Below are positions 9,007 to 18,984 of a stretch of DNA of 64,000 nucleotides, one piece after another. The position numbers and the translations under genes were made by a program. The DNA lies in assembly GCA_032128115.1 (NCBI GenBank), contig JAQBHB010000078.1, positions 45,935-109,934 on the forward strand, in the 5' to 3' direction. The stretch comes from Deltaproteobacteria bacterium. Its GTDB lineage: Bacteria; Myxococcota_A; UBA9160; SMWR01. The notes below the pieces were generated by a model. That model was not told where the DNA came from. It did not search any database and worked only from the letters and a program-made list of their open reading frames with translations. The first letter of the stretch is position 1, and each line of letters starts with the position of its first letter.

Positions 9007-11761
9007 GCATTTCCGGGGGCGCCAGACGCACCAGCGCGTCGTCGGGAGCCAACAGCCGTGCCTCGGCCCAGGCCAGCACCTCGGCCTCCTGGCTGAACAG
9101 GATCACCTGGCGCTCGCGGCTCACGGCGTGCAACAGGTCGAGCACGGCCTCGGTGCGGGCCGCATCGGTCTGCACGGTCACGTCGTCCAGCAGCAGTGGG
9201 CACGACTCGCCCGCAGCCGTCAGGTGGGAGGCCAGCGCCATCCGCAGCAGCAGGTAGATCTGCTCGGCCGTTCCGTGGGAGAGACGCGCCGCAGGGCGCC
9301 AAGCGCCAGTCGCCTCGCATACCCGCACCTCCAGGGTGGCCGGGTCGAGGGTGATGTCCTGGTAGCGCGAGCCCGTCACCCGGGGCAGCCAAGCCCGCAG
9401 GGTGTCGGCCAGCACGGGCGCGATGCTGCGATAGACGCGCTCCTGGGCCGACACCAGGTACCCGCGCGTTCGCGCCAGGGTCTGACTCAAGGTCTCGATC
9501 CGGCTGAGTTCGGCCCGCGCCGCCTCGAGCGCCTCCTCCGCCTCGGGCACCCCCTGGAGCTGTAGCGTGCGCACATCGGTCTGGCCGCGCAGGCGTTGTG
9601 CTTCCTGCGAGGTTTCGCGCTCCTCACGTTCGAGCCGCAAAAGCTGTGCGGTCGGGTCGTCTTCGAGCATCACGTCCGGCTCTGGCGTTCCCAGCTCGCG
9701 ACACAGCTGCTCGGCCCGCTGCTCGGCGCGCTCGGTCGCGTCCTCGAACTCCGGCAAGCTGCTGTCCCCGAGCAGTTGATCGAGCTCGGCGTACTCTCTC
9801 ACCGCGGCGCCATGGGCCTCGAGTGCCAGGCGGCGCGCCTGGATCCAGCCGACCAGGCCGAGCACGCGAGTCTCGTCCGTGTCCTCCGCCGCCCCGCAGC
9901 GCTCGGCGCATTCGCGAAGGCCACGGCGCGCCGAATCGATGGCGAGCTCGGCCTCGGCCAACGAGGCCTCGCTGGCCTCGCGGGCGGCCAGCTGATCCTC
10001 GAGCCCCGACCGCCGCGCTGCGGCATGGGAGAGACCCGCCCGCCGTTGGCACTCGCGGCGGTAGTCGCTGAGTTCGGCTTCCGCGGGGCCCTGCACGCAC
10101 ACCCCCCGGGCACCCAGGGCCTCGACCGCGCGGTTTTCGGCCCGGGCGAGGCGCTGGCAGAGCTCCCCGTGGCGCACCTCCCATTCGTCGAGGCGACGGG
10201 TTGCGGCGGCGGCGGCCACCTCTTCGTCGGCCCGCGTCCGAAGCGCCGCCGGATCCGTCGGTACTCCCAGGGACTCGGCGCGCTCGCGCGCCCGGTCGCG
10301 ACGCTGGCGCGCAACGCGGGCCAGGTGCTGCTCCGACGCCAGCGCCACCTCGACCCGGCGAAGCTCGCTGCGCGCGCCCGGCGGTAGGCCGTCGTCGCGG
10401 CGCACTCCGAACCACGTGAGCACCGCCAGACCGCAAGCACACAGCGGGGCCCCGACGATCGCCGGCCCCCACAACACACCCGCCCCACCCGCCAGGGCCA
10501 GCAACGCGCCGATGCCCATGGCCACGCGCCGCCGCGTCTCGAGCGACCTCACCCGGTCGCGTGCCTGATCGACCCGATCCGCAAGGCCCGGGTCCAGCTC
10601 CGGCTCCACCTGGGCGAGGGTGTGGGCCAGCTCGCGAAGCTCGTCCACGCTGAGCCCGGCTACCGGGTCGGCGGCGGGAGCCTCGGGTCTCGTGGCCCGA
10701 TGCAGCTCCACGGCAGTTCGCGCCCCGTGCAACTCCTGGGCGGCGAGGTTCACGCTCTCGTGAACGTCGAGATCCCCGTCCGGCACCACCGGCAGGCCGG
10801 CGATTTCCCGACGCAGCTCCTCCGCTGAGAGTCCGCCGGGGCGGCGCAGCTCGGGGCGGTTCTCCCAGGCCGAGAGCGCCGCCGACACGCGTTGCGCCAG
10901 GGTGTCGTCGTCAAGCGGCGCCTGGGGGCGCCCCTCGGGAAAGCGCTTGGCCAGCGAGCGCACCCGCTCCAGGCGCGCTCGGCCGCCGCGCGCTTCACCA
11001 GCGGCCAGGGCCGCGCGCACCGCCAGCAGGCGCCGGGATGCGCCCTCCACGGCGGCCGCGGCCTCGTCGGCGGCGGCCGCCAACCGGAGGTAGTTCTCGT
11101 GATCTGCGGTCGCCCGGTCGCGACTCCGCTCCGCCGCCTCCACCGCCTCGAGTGCGCGGCGCAGGGGCTTGGTGGCGCCGGCGCGATTTACGCCCACGTG
11201 TTCGCTCAGATAGGCGTCGATGCGGTTCAGGGCGGCGCCCGCGGTCTCGTCGCGCCCGGCCGTGGCGGCCGCGCGTTGCAGGTGTTCCTGCAAGCGGTCC
11301 GGATCCTCGAGCACCCCGAGCACGTCGGTCTGGCGCACGCAGGCGGTGGCCAGGAAGGTGCGTCGATCGAGGCCCAGGAACTTCGCCCCGTCCGGCGTGC
11401 CGTCGTTCATGATCTCCGCGGATACGTCGCGCCCAAGAGCGAGATCCGTGGCACTGCAATCCACCATGCCGTCCAGGTCGTGGCGCAGGCCGATGCGCCG
11501 GCCGTCTGCCAGCGCAATCTCCACCGCCACCTGCCAGTCTTCGCGACTCCAGGGACGACGGCTTTCCTCGAAGTCGCGCTCTTCTTTCGACCGCCCCCCG
11601 CGCACGCGCCGGCGCCCGCACAGGCCCACATACAGGGCATCGTGCCAGGTGCTCTTGCCCGCCTCGTTGGCTCCGTGCACCAGGGTCAGGCCCGGCGCAA
11701 GTCGCAGCTCGGCATCCACCAGGCGCCCGAAGGCGCGCGCCTTCACGCATTCGATCCGCAC
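8963..11761 (-). CDS. SMC/Rad50-like coiled-coil ATPase (YhaN/SbcE-like)
   Basis: Walker A GANEAGKST, long coiled coil with central hydrophobic hairpin, signature LSHGTAEQ, Walker B LLLDD. Confidence 0.9.
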   Translation of the reverse strand: MRIECVKARAFGRLVDAELRLAPGLTLVHGANEAGKSTWHDALYVGLCGRRRVRGGRSKEERDFEESRRPWSREDWQVAVEIALADGRRIGLRHDLDGMVDCSATDLALGRDVSAEIMNDGTPDGAKFLGLDRRTFLATACVRQTDVLGVLEDPDRLQEHLQRAAATAGRDETAGAALNRIDAYLSEHVGVNRAGATKPLRRALEAVEAAERSRDRATADHENYLRLAAAADEAAAAVEGASRRLLAVRAALAAGEARGGRARLERVRSLAKRFPEGRPQAPLDDDTLAQRVSAALSAWENRPELRRPGGLSAEELRREIAGLPVVPDGDLDVHESVNLAAQELHGARTAVELHRATRPEAPAADPVAGLSVDELRELAHTLAQVEPELDPGLADRVDQARDRVRSLETRRRVAMGIGALLALAGGAGVLWGPAIVGAPLCACGLAVLTWFGVRRDDGLPPGARSELRRVEVALASEQHLARVARQRRDRARERAESLGVPTDPAALRTRADEEVAAAAATRRLDEWEVRHGELCQRLARAENRAVEALGARGVCVQGPAEAELSDYRRECQRRAGLSHAAARRSGLEDQLAAREASEASLAEAELAIDSARRGLRECAERCGAAEDTDETRVLGLVGWIQARRLALEAHGAAVREYAELDQLLGDSSLPEFEDATERAEQRAEQLCRELGTPEPDVMLEDDPTAQLLRLEREERETSQEAQRLRGQTDVRTLQLQGVPEAEEALEAARAELSRIETLSQTLARTRGYLVSAQERVYRSIAPVLADTLRAWLPRVTGSRYQDITLDPATLEVRVCEATGAWRPAARLSHGTAEQIYLLLRMALASHLTAAGESCPLLLDDVTVQTDAARTEAVLDLLHAVSRERQVILFSQEAEVLAWAEARLLAPDDALVRLAPPEMPADTLSHAADTLSD

Positions 11762-11762
11762 C

Positions 11763-12866
11763 CTAGAGCGCCTCCAGGTCGTCGCGCCCCTCGAGGGCCC
11801 GCAGCCCGGTGACCAGCACCGCCCGCCGCTCCTCGTCGTTCAGATCCCCGGCGGCGCGCACGTCGCGCACGAACGCGCCGCGCACGGTGGGTTCCATCTC
11901 GATCTCGTCGTAGTCGTAGGCCACGCAGAGCTCCGCACCGGCGCGCACCGTCAGGGCTTCGAGCGCCGCGGGCGTCTCGGACAACTCGCGCGGTCGGAGG
12001 TCCACCTGGGTGGCGAGGGTCCCCACCAGCGTGACGCGTGCCAACCCCTCGAGGCTCGCGATCTGCGCGCGCAGGTGATCCCGCACGTCCTGTTGGCTCG
12101 CGCACCCCGTCAGGTCGACCGTCAGGTCGTGGATCTTCGTGAGTTGGATCACGTGGCGCTCACGGGTCACCCGGCCGTCGGACTCCACGCGAACCTCCAC
12201 TGCGGCCCGCTCGCCCTGCTCCCCGAAGCCCAGGGGATCCGGGTTGCCCGGATACGTGAAGTACTCGGCGTCCCGGGGCTGGTGGTAATGGCCCAGCAGG
12301 GCGTGCTGGATGCCGGCGCGCTGGATCTGGAGAGCTGCAAAGGGGGCGTGGGGGACCTTGCCGGAACCCTGGGCGGCGAGCGACCCGTGTTCCGAACCGT
12401 GGAAGAGCGCCACGTGCACCCCGTCGCGATCCACCCGAAACCCCTCCAGGAAGCCGTCGGTGTTGGCAGGCGCCCGGTGAGCGGCGCCCCACAGGGTGAG
12501 TCCATCGGCGAGCTCCACCGGCATCAGGCGGTCCTCGCGGAAGATGTGGACGTTCTCGCTCCAGCGGTTGAGGGCGTACATGGATTCGGGCCCGAGCCAA
12601 TCGTGGTTGCCCGGCGCCAGGTAGACCGGCAGTGAGCCCAGGCGCTCGAACGTGCCGCGCACGAACTCGCTCGTGTCGGGTGTGAAGCGCTCGTGTTCGT
12701 ACAGATCGCCGCCGCACACCAGCGCGTCCACGCCCAGGCGCATCGCCAGCTCGGCCACCGATGCCAGGGTCTCGCGCAGGCGCTGTCGCCAGGCGGAGGC
12801 CGCCCGTGGCCCCGCCCAGGCAAACGGTGCGTCCAGATGAAGATCCGAGAAGAGAAGCAGCCTCAC
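11763..12866 (-). CDS. Mre11/SbcD-like metallophosphoesterase nuclease (YhaO-like)
   Basis: SDLHLD, GGDLYE, PGNHD, LFHGS, LGHYH, YPGNP motifs; GTG start 12866. Confidence 0.9.
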   Translation of the reverse strand: MRLLLFSDLHLDAPFAWAGPRAASAWRQRLRETLASVAELAMRLGVDALVCGGDLYEHERFTPDTSEFVRGTFERLGSLPVYLAPGNHDWLGPESMYALNRWSENVHIFREDRLMPVELADGLTLWGAAHRAPANTDGFLEGFRVDRDGVHVALFHGSEHGSLAAQGSGKVPHAPFAALQIQRAGIQHALLGHYHQPRDAEYFTYPGNPDPLGFGEQGERAAVEVRVESDGRVTRERHVIQLTKIHDLTVDLTGCASQQDVRDHLRAQIASLEGLARVTLVGTLATQVDLRPRELSETPAALEALTVRAGAELCVAYDYDEIEMEPTVRGAFVRDVRAAGDLNDEERRAVLVTGLRALEGRDDLEAL

Positions 12867-13037
12867 CCCGGGCGCATGATACCGCGCCGTCGGGCGGAGA
12901 TCCCACGACTGTGCGAGACATGCCGTCGGTGCTACACGAAACCCCACGGGTCTGCGGCAGATCCGGCGGGTCAGGCTCGCGTTCGCAATCGCGTATCCGA
13001 GCGCGCAGCTGACGGAAACGACGCAAGGAGACTGCGA

Positions 13038-13481
13038 ATGGCGATCGAACGGGTCTTCGATCTGTGTACCTGGGGCATTCTCCCCTTCTGGGTGTTGCTG
13101 GCCGTCTCCCCACACGGCCTCTGGACCCGACGCCTGCTGCACTCCGGGCTGGCCCCGGCCGCCTTTGCAACCGTCTACACCGGGGCGCTGGCCCTGGGGT
13201 TGGGCACTGCCGAGGGAGGCAGCTTCTTCAGCCTGAACGGCGTAATGGCGCTCTTCCAGGCTCCGTTGCTCGCACTGACGGGCTGGGTCCACTATCTGGT
13301 CTTCGATCTCTTCATCGGCGCATGGGAGGTACGCGAGGCCCGGCGTTGCGGGATCCGCCACGCCTTCGCGCTGCCGTGCCTGTTCCTCACCCTGATGGCC
13401 GGCCCACTGGGCCTGCTGGCGTTCTTCGCCCTGCGCCTGGGAGTGGGTGGCGGCACGCCCCTCGAAGAGGGAAGCGCCTAG
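13038..13481 (+). CDS. ABA4-like/DUF4281 membrane protein
   Basis: AAGGAG RBS; PFW.LL...P, FFSL.GV..LF, GWVHYLVFDLFIGAW, LTLMAGPLG. Confidence 0.85.
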   Translation: MAIERVFDLCTWGILPFWVLLAVSPHGLWTRRLLHSGLAPAAFATVYTGALALGLGTAEGGSFFSLNGVMALFQAPLLALTGWVHYLVFDLFIGAWEVREARRCGIRHAFALPCLFLTLMAGPLGLLAFFALRLGVGGGTPLEEGSA

Positions 13482-13519
13482 GGCGGGTCGAGACGCGCCC
13501 CCGTGCGGCCACGGCTGCG

Positions 13520-13816
13520 GTGAGCGAGCCTGCCGGGGTGCCCTCCTGGATGCCCGGGCTGCTGTACGGCGTATTCGCCACCCACCTTCCCTTCTTCGCC
13601 TGGCGTTGGGGGCGCAGCGGCGAACTTCGCCACGCGGCCACGAGCCTCACGTTCGCGCTCCTGGTGGTGACGTACTCCCTGCGCGTATTCGCGCCCGGGT
13701 TCGAGCATGCCGGAACGCCGCTGTACGCCTGGGTGCGGATCCCCGCCTGGGGCTCTGCCGCCGTCAGCATCGCCCTGTTGGTGCGACACGCGTTGGGCCT
13801 GCGGCGAGAAGGCTAG
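13520..13816 (+). CDS. Small membrane protein (about 3 TM)
   Basis: Hydrophobic ORF filling the gap; start uncertain (GTG 13520 or ATG 13550). Confidence 0.6.
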   Translation: MSEPAGVPSWMPGLLYGVFATHLPFFAWRWGRSGELRHAATSLTFALLVVTYSLRVFAPGFEHAGTPLYAWVRIPAWGSAAVSIALLVRHALGLRREG

Positions 13817-14484
13817 GTAGCGGGACCGACCACGATCTTGCAGATGGCGTCGTCCATCACCTCGTTGCAGCTCTCGACGGCCAGGCGGCGGTCGTCGCCC
13901 TCCGGATTGCGCTCGATGCAGGCATCGACACACTCGCGGGACTGAAGGACGTTGTCCCCGTGGAATTGATCACAGATCCACCAGCACTCCCTCGCCCGCC
14001 CGGTGGCGGCCTGCGCCATGTCGGAGTCGGGGACCTGGAAGGCGATCTCCAAGGGGATGCTCCCCACCTCCGGCGTCAGCTGGATCAGGTTGACTCCCGC
14101 GGCGAACAGAACCACCAGCGAGCCGGCGACGCCCATGCCAGCGTGGCGGCTCCAGGCGAGACGATTGCGCGGGGTCCCGCTCAAGCGACTCAGCAGCCCT
14201 GGCCGCTCGGAGACGAACAGGCGCGGCAGCGCCGGCTCGGTCGGCGGCGACAGGGCTTCCGCCGCAACGCGCTTGCGCTCCGCGGTCCGCGCCTCGCGAA
14301 TCAATTCGCCACTCGAACACTCGGCGCAGACCTTCAGGCGGTTGCTGTGGCGCCAATAGCAGTACACGATGCCAGGAACGATCCCGGCCAACCAGAGCAG
14401 AAGCTCCTTCCGATCCGAACCCTCGATGATCGTATCCGGCTCTCCCGTGTGGAAGCACTCGGTACACATCATGCGAACGCCCAT
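13813..14484 (-). CDS. Membrane protein with split zinc ribbon (CxxC-TM-CxxC) and Cys-rich C-terminal domain
   Basis: CTEC...LLLWLAGIVPGIVYCYW...CAEC; second TM; six Cys in the C-terminal region. Confidence 0.65.
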   Translation of the reverse strand: MGVRMMCTECFHTGEPDTIIEGSDRKELLLWLAGIVPGIVYCYWRHSNRLKVCAECSSGELIREARTAERKRVAAEALSPPTEPALPRLFVSERPGLLSRLSGTPRNRLAWSRHAGMGVAGSLVVLFAAGVNLIQLTPEVGSIPLEIAFQVPDSDMAQAATGRARECWWICDQFHGDNVLQSRECVDACIERNPEGDDRRLAVESCNEVMDDAICKIVVGPAT

Positions 14485-14560
14485 GCCGTCGGTCTCCGGA
14501 GTCGTCGGTATCCGGAGCTTCTCATCGGCATGGGGGCGCCATTTCTTGGGGGATGGCGAC

Positions 14561-14575
14561 GCACGCGACGTGCCT
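14561..14575 (-). promoter_or_regulatory. sigma54-like -24/-12 promoter
   Basis: AGGCACG-TCGC-GTGC (GG-N10-GC), about 76 nt upstream of ATG 14484. Confidence 0.5.
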
Positions 14576-14578
14576 CTG

Positions 14579-14651
14579 TGTTGCACGAAAGTTGCGCATG
14601 GGTGAATCGGAGTTGCCGGCGAGTTGCCTGCAAGTTGCCGGAGACTTGCCG
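14579..14651. repeat. 11-bp-period direct repeats (AGTTGCC), probable regulator binding array
   Basis: AGTTGCC at 14611, 14622, 14633; ACTTGCC at 14644; degenerate copies at 14579 and 14590. Confidence 0.7.
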
Positions 14652-14715
14652 GATCCAGGAGGGAGGGTCGGAAACGCGGTCCGCTACGGGAGCGCGGCTT
14701 CGACCGGATCGCGGT

Positions 14716-16317
14716 TCACTGCGCCGGCCGCCCGCCGGTTCGTGCGACGCGCGCGTCGGCGCTGGCCTGGATGTTCTCGGTCACGTCCACGAATTCGTAG
14801 GGGTGCCGGGCGGTGGAGAAGAAGCTGCGGTCTTCCAGCAGGCCCAGGTCGGTATCGAAGTAGCGATCCAGAACCAGGCGAAACGCGTTCACCGGACTGA
14901 TCCCTGGATACAGGGCGTCGTTGTCACCGCCGGGAAGATGGTAGGCGCTCAGGATCCCCATGGCCTCCCAGTGGTCGGTGGCGTCCGAATCGTTCCACAC
15001 CAGGTTGGATCGCGGCCCGTGATCCCCGGTCAAGAGGATGATCGGGGGCTGCGGTGAATTCGCCAGGATGGCGTCGATGGTCTGGCGCAACTCGCGGTTC
15101 AGGAACACCACCTGATCCCGATAGCGCGCCCGATACTGGCGCGGCGTGAGCCCCCCCTCCCCGATCAACCAGTTGCCGTCGTGGTCGTGGAAGCGCTTGC
15201 CCGGATAGCGATTCTCGCCCGCCGGGCCGAATACGAAGGGCGGGTGCGGCGTCTCGATGTGGGCGATGGCGAACAGCGGCGATCGCGCCCGCTCGGGAAC
15301 GCCTCCCAGTTGGTTCAGGGTGAAGCGGATACGCTCGCGGAATACGTCGAAGGCGCGCCGTGCATCCCTCTCGGATCGCAAGCTGGCCAGCGGAGTGGTG
15401 TTGGCCAGCTGGTTCCGGAAGTCGTCGATGGCCTCCGCCGGCCCGAGCACCACGTCGGCCGTCTCGATGCGCGCCGCGGGATATCCGGTGGCGAAGGCCA
15501 CGGTGGTGTAGCCGCGCTCCGTCAGGAAGCGCCGCAGCCAGCTGTTCTCGATCAGGTCGTGCAGCGGGCGGTGGTCGTCGCTATCGGAACCGAGCTGCTC
15601 CACCAGGGCATCCAGATAATCCAGGTTCAGCATCGAAGCCAGCGAGAGGTCCGTCTGGCCGTAGTTCGACGACGCCCGATCCGCGACCCGGAAGCCCCTG
15701 CGACCGAGGAAGTCGACGAATGCGGCGTTGTCGTGGCCGTAGATCGACTCGAGCACGTCGGCACGCGCGTAGGCGTCCACGATGATCAGATAGATGTCGG
15801 GCCGGGGAGCGCCCTCCCGGGCCGTTGGCAGCGCCGGAAGCGGACGGCCCAGGGTGGCGCGCGGCGCGCCGCGGGACTCGATTGCAGAGCTGGCGATCTG
15901 CAGGGCCGGAATGGCCACCAATACGGCGCCCATGACGTTGGCCACCCGGGTGGCGACCGCCAGCCCCGCGCGCATCCGGATCAGCAACGCGCCCCCCACC
16001 AGGCCCGACACCGCCCAGGCGACGGCGAGCGCAAGCCCCCAGCCGTCGGGGGCCGCCAGCCGCACGAAGCCCGTGGAAACGAACAGGAACGCGGCAAGGC
16101 TCACCACGAGCCCGCCGCGCTGCCAATCTGCCATGAACCACCCGAGGGCACTCCAGGCCGTGAGCGCCACGGCCGCGGCCACCAGCACGGGAATAGCCGC
16201 GTCGGCGAGCGCGAAGCGCTCCGTGCCGCGGCTGAAGGCGAAGACCACCGGCTGGATCGCGAACAGCAGCGGGTGCAGAACGATCGGACTACTTCGGAGA
16301 TCCATCGGGGGGCTCAT
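14716..16317 (-). CDS. Membrane-anchored sulfatase-like/alkaline-phosphatase-superfamily transferase
   Basis: N-terminal TM block; PDIYLIIVDAYAR, SNYGQT..SL.S, H...PHPPFVF, GDHG. Confidence 0.8.
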   Translation of the reverse strand: MSPPMDLRSSPIVLHPLLFAIQPVVFAFSRGTERFALADAAIPVLVAAAVALTAWSALGWFMADWQRGGLVVSLAAFLFVSTGFVRLAAPDGWGLALAVAWAVSGLVGGALLIRMRAGLAVATRVANVMGAVLVAIPALQIASSAIESRGAPRATLGRPLPALPTAREGAPRPDIYLIIVDAYARADVLESIYGHDNAAFVDFLGRRGFRVADRASSNYGQTDLSLASMLNLDYLDALVEQLGSDSDDHRPLHDLIENSWLRRFLTERGYTTVAFATGYPAARIETADVVLGPAEAIDDFRNQLANTTPLASLRSERDARRAFDVFRERIRFTLNQLGGVPERARSPLFAIAHIETPHPPFVFGPAGENRYPGKRFHDHDGNWLIGEGGLTPRQYRARYRDQVVFLNRELRQTIDAILANSPQPPIILLTGDHGPRSNLVWNDSDATDHWEAMGILSAYHLPGGDNDALYPGISPVNAFRLVLDRYFDTDLGLLEDRSFFSTARHPYEFVDVTENIQASADARVARTGGRPAQ

Positions 16318-18085
16318 ACAAGATGTAGAAGGGGGGAACGGGAGTCTTCGTCCACCCGTGCCGAGTGAGCTCTTCGGCAGCGTACGCGAAGGAACCGGCC
16401 GTGAGCCAGCGCGTATCTGCCAGGCGGGCGTCGAAGTGGCCGGATCTCTTCGCGACGGGGGAAGGCGGCATCACCGGGAGACGGTCGTGCACCCCCACAA
16501 GGACCCCGCAGGCTTCGTAACGCTCCACCAGCTGGAGCAGCCGATCCACGTGCCGGGTGTCCTGCGCGTAGCTGCGGGGGGGATCGCGAAGACCATCCGG
16601 GCGGAGCGCCAGATGAGCGGCCAGAGCCCACTGGGTGGCCGAGTCGCCCAGGATGCGACAGGACCTCCCGAACTGGCGATGCTCTTGCAGCCACCGGGCC
16701 GTTTCGTCCAGGAACAACAGTTCCCGTTCCTCGGGCGCCCGATGGAACGCGAACCAGCCGCGCCCCCGCCAGGGATACGATGCGGGGATGGCGAAGACCA
16801 GCACCGCCAGGCCAGCGGCCGCGAGCCCGATCCAGCGCTCGCGCGATCGACCCAGAGCACGGGCGATCCCGATGCCGAGATCGCGGATGCCCACCACCAA
16901 CATGAAGCTCAATGGGAAGGCATAGAGAATGCGATACGACACGCTCCCGGTCCGGATCATGGCCGCGAAGGCAAGCGCGGTCGGGGGAAACAGCAGAAAC
17001 AGGGTGGGCATCAGGGTCAGCGCAGCCAGCCGCGGATGACGCCTTCGCAGCCACACCGCAAGGCCCAGCGACAGGAGCCCGTGCAGACCGTAGGTCTCGA
17101 GAAACGTGTGTCGTTGCCAGACGGCGAATCCACCGACGTACGACACCTGCGACCAGAACACGTGATCGTAGAGGTGGGGCGCGAAACGCCTGGCGAATCC
17201 CCCGGCCGCCAGGCACAACAGCACGATTCCCAGCAGCCTGCGGTTCGCCGCGGGCCGGGCGGTGGGCGCCAGCGCCCGATACCAGGCGACTCCCAGCAGC
17301 GACCCCATGCCGATGAGGCTGAAGAGCACCTCCTGCTCGTGATTGGCCCAGGCGAGCGTCAGCAACGGGGGTATCGCGGCCGCCGCGCGAGCATTTCCGC
17401 GGTCGAGAAAATCGATCCCGCACACCAGGATGCGCAGGAACGCGGCGTAGGCCAGGGGAGTCGACGAAAGCGCGTAGTAGCGCATCCCGAACACGTTGGT
17501 GCCGAAGAGCAATACGAAGCCAACCACCTGCAGCATCGAAAGGGCCCGGTCGAATCCCAGGCGACGCGACAGCGCATAGACCTGGGAGGCGACGAGCATC
17601 TGCCAGAAGGCGGCGTAGAAATCGAGAGCCACCCGACGGCCTTCGATCGGCAGCCACTTCACCAGCGTGTAGCCCCAGAAGTAGGCGAACTTGTGGCGTT
17701 GCGGTCCGTCGGCCACGAAATCGGTGGCGGACCACTGGAACAGTCGCCGCAGGTGTTCCCAGGGATCCGCCGGATATTCCAGATAGGCGCCCGGCAGCAG
17801 GAAGATCCCCAGGAGGATCGACCAGAACACCAGATCCGGGAGTCGCAAGCGATGGCGTTGGGTGGCCGCATAGACCGTGAACAGTCCGAGATTCACGGCG
17901 TGCAGCGCGACGAAGAGCCCCGTCAGGATTCGAACGGGGATGCCCGCGACCCAGGCGAACGCGTAGAGCGCCAGGTAGGGCAGGAAGAAGAAGCACCCGT
18001 TTCCGAACGACAGTTCGGCGAGGGCGACCAGCGCGCGCACCCCGCGAGGATAGCGGCGCGCGAGGCCGGGCAGGGATGCCGTCAG
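16289..18085 (-). CDS. Polytopic membrane protein, GT-C-like
   Basis: Many TM segments, EYPADPWEH loop motif; start uncertain (CTG 18085 with GGAG, or GTG 18040). Confidence 0.65.
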   Translation of the reverse strand: MTASLPGLARRYPRGVRALVALAELSFGNGCFFFLPYLALYAFAWVAGIPVRILTGLFVALHAVNLGLFTVYAATQRHRLRLPDLVFWSILLGIFLLPGAYLEYPADPWEHLRRLFQWSATDFVADGPQRHKFAYFWGYTLVKWLPIEGRRVALDFYAAFWQMLVASQVYALSRRLGFDRALSMLQVVGFVLLFGTNVFGMRYYALSSTPLAYAAFLRILVCGIDFLDRGNARAAAAIPPLLTLAWANHEQEVLFSLIGMGSLLGVAWYRALAPTARPAANRRLLGIVLLCLAAGGFARRFAPHLYDHVFWSQVSYVGGFAVWQRHTFLETYGLHGLLSLGLAVWLRRRHPRLAALTLMPTLFLLFPPTALAFAAMIRTGSVSYRILYAFPLSFMLVVGIRDLGIGIARALGRSRERWIGLAAAGLAVLVFAIPASYPWRGRGWFAFHRAPEERELLFLDETARWLQEHRQFGRSCRILGDSATQWALAAHLALRPDGLRDPPRSYAQDTRHVDRLLQLVERYEACGVLVGVHDRLPVMPPSPVAKRSGHFDARLADTRWLTAGSFAYAAEELTRHGWTKTPVPPFYILYEPPDGSPK

Positions 18086-18555
18086 GGATACTCCGGATGA
18101 ACGGTGATCTGCACGCACGCGATATTCGAGGCCAGCTCGGCGAACTGCTCCTCGCTGAGTGAGTCACCCTTCTGGTATTCGATGCCGAACTGACCGGCCA
18201 TCCAGGGCAGGCGCCGCAGGGTTCGTTCGGCCTTCTGGCGGAACTCCGGAGTATGGGTGGGGATCACCTGAGCCGTAGCGCTTCGGGTGCAACCGCGCAG
18301 CCGGAGCTCGACGGGGCCGGGTTCGCGGTAGTTCTTCCACCACTGCTTTCGGGCCGCGTAGGACACCATCACGGTCAGCACGTCGCCGTCGCGCTGGTAG
18401 CCCACCGGGATCGTGAAGCGTCGACCCGAATGCCGACCGGTGAAGGTGAGCAGCATCAGGCCGCCGCTGGCGAGCCCGTGCAGGGGCGAGCGCAACACGA
18501 GCGCAACCAGCGGATTCAGGCGCGAGAAGATCGAGTCGAGCGAAACAGGGGGCAT
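18082..18555 (-). CDS. Deazaflavin (F420)-dependent nitroreductase/quinone-reductase family protein
   Basis: NP.V..VLRSPLH, LLTFTGRHSGRRFTIPVGY, WWKN split-barrel motifs. Confidence 0.8.
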   Translation of the reverse strand: MPPVSLDSIFSRLNPLVALVLRSPLHGLASGGLMLLTFTGRHSGRRFTIPVGYQRDGDVLTVMVSYAARKQWWKNYREPGPVELRLRGCTRSATAQVIPTHTPEFRQKAERTLRRLPWMAGQFGIEYQKGDSLSEEQFAELASNIACVQITVHPEYP

Positions 18556-18607
18556 CGCGTGCCGCCCATGCTAATGGAAGGAAGGGCGTTCGCCCAAGGG
18601 ATCGCGG

Positions 18608-18922
18608 TCAGACCCGGATCTCGAGAATCCCGTTTTCGACGCGCACCGGGTAGGTGGCCACCGGCGACCCGAAGCGCAGGCACTCGCCGGTCTTCACGTC
18701 GAACTCCCAGAAGTGGAGGGGACACACCAGGCAGCCGTTCCGGATGCGGCCGTAGCCGAGGCTCGCTCCGGCGTGGGGGCAGGCGTCGTCCACGGCGAAG
18801 AAGGCCCCTCGCGCGCGCCCCACCGCCAGGGTGCGATCGCCGACCTTCACTACCCGCACCCGGTCGGGTGCAAACTGGGAGGCGGCGCCCACCGGATGCC
18901 AGCATTCGTCTTCGCATTCCAT
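18608..18922 (-). CDS. Rieske [2Fe-2S] ferredoxin
   Basis: CPHAG...CPLH.WEFDVKTG. Confidence 0.9.
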   Translation of the reverse strand: MECEDECWHPVGAASQFAPDRVRVVKVGDRTLAVGRARGAFFAVDDACPHAGASLGYGRIRNGCLVCPLHFWEFDVKTGECLRFGSPVATYPVRVENGILEIRV

Positions 18923-18984
18923 GGCTTCCGAAACGGCAAAACGAGCCGAGAGGTTGAGAAGCGCAGGGAACCAACGTGGGGTCG

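Noticed and set aside
8963..12866. SMC-based defence system (Wadjet/Lamassu)
   Set aside because: No jetA/B/D or Lamassu effector genes; architecture fits YhaO/YhaN
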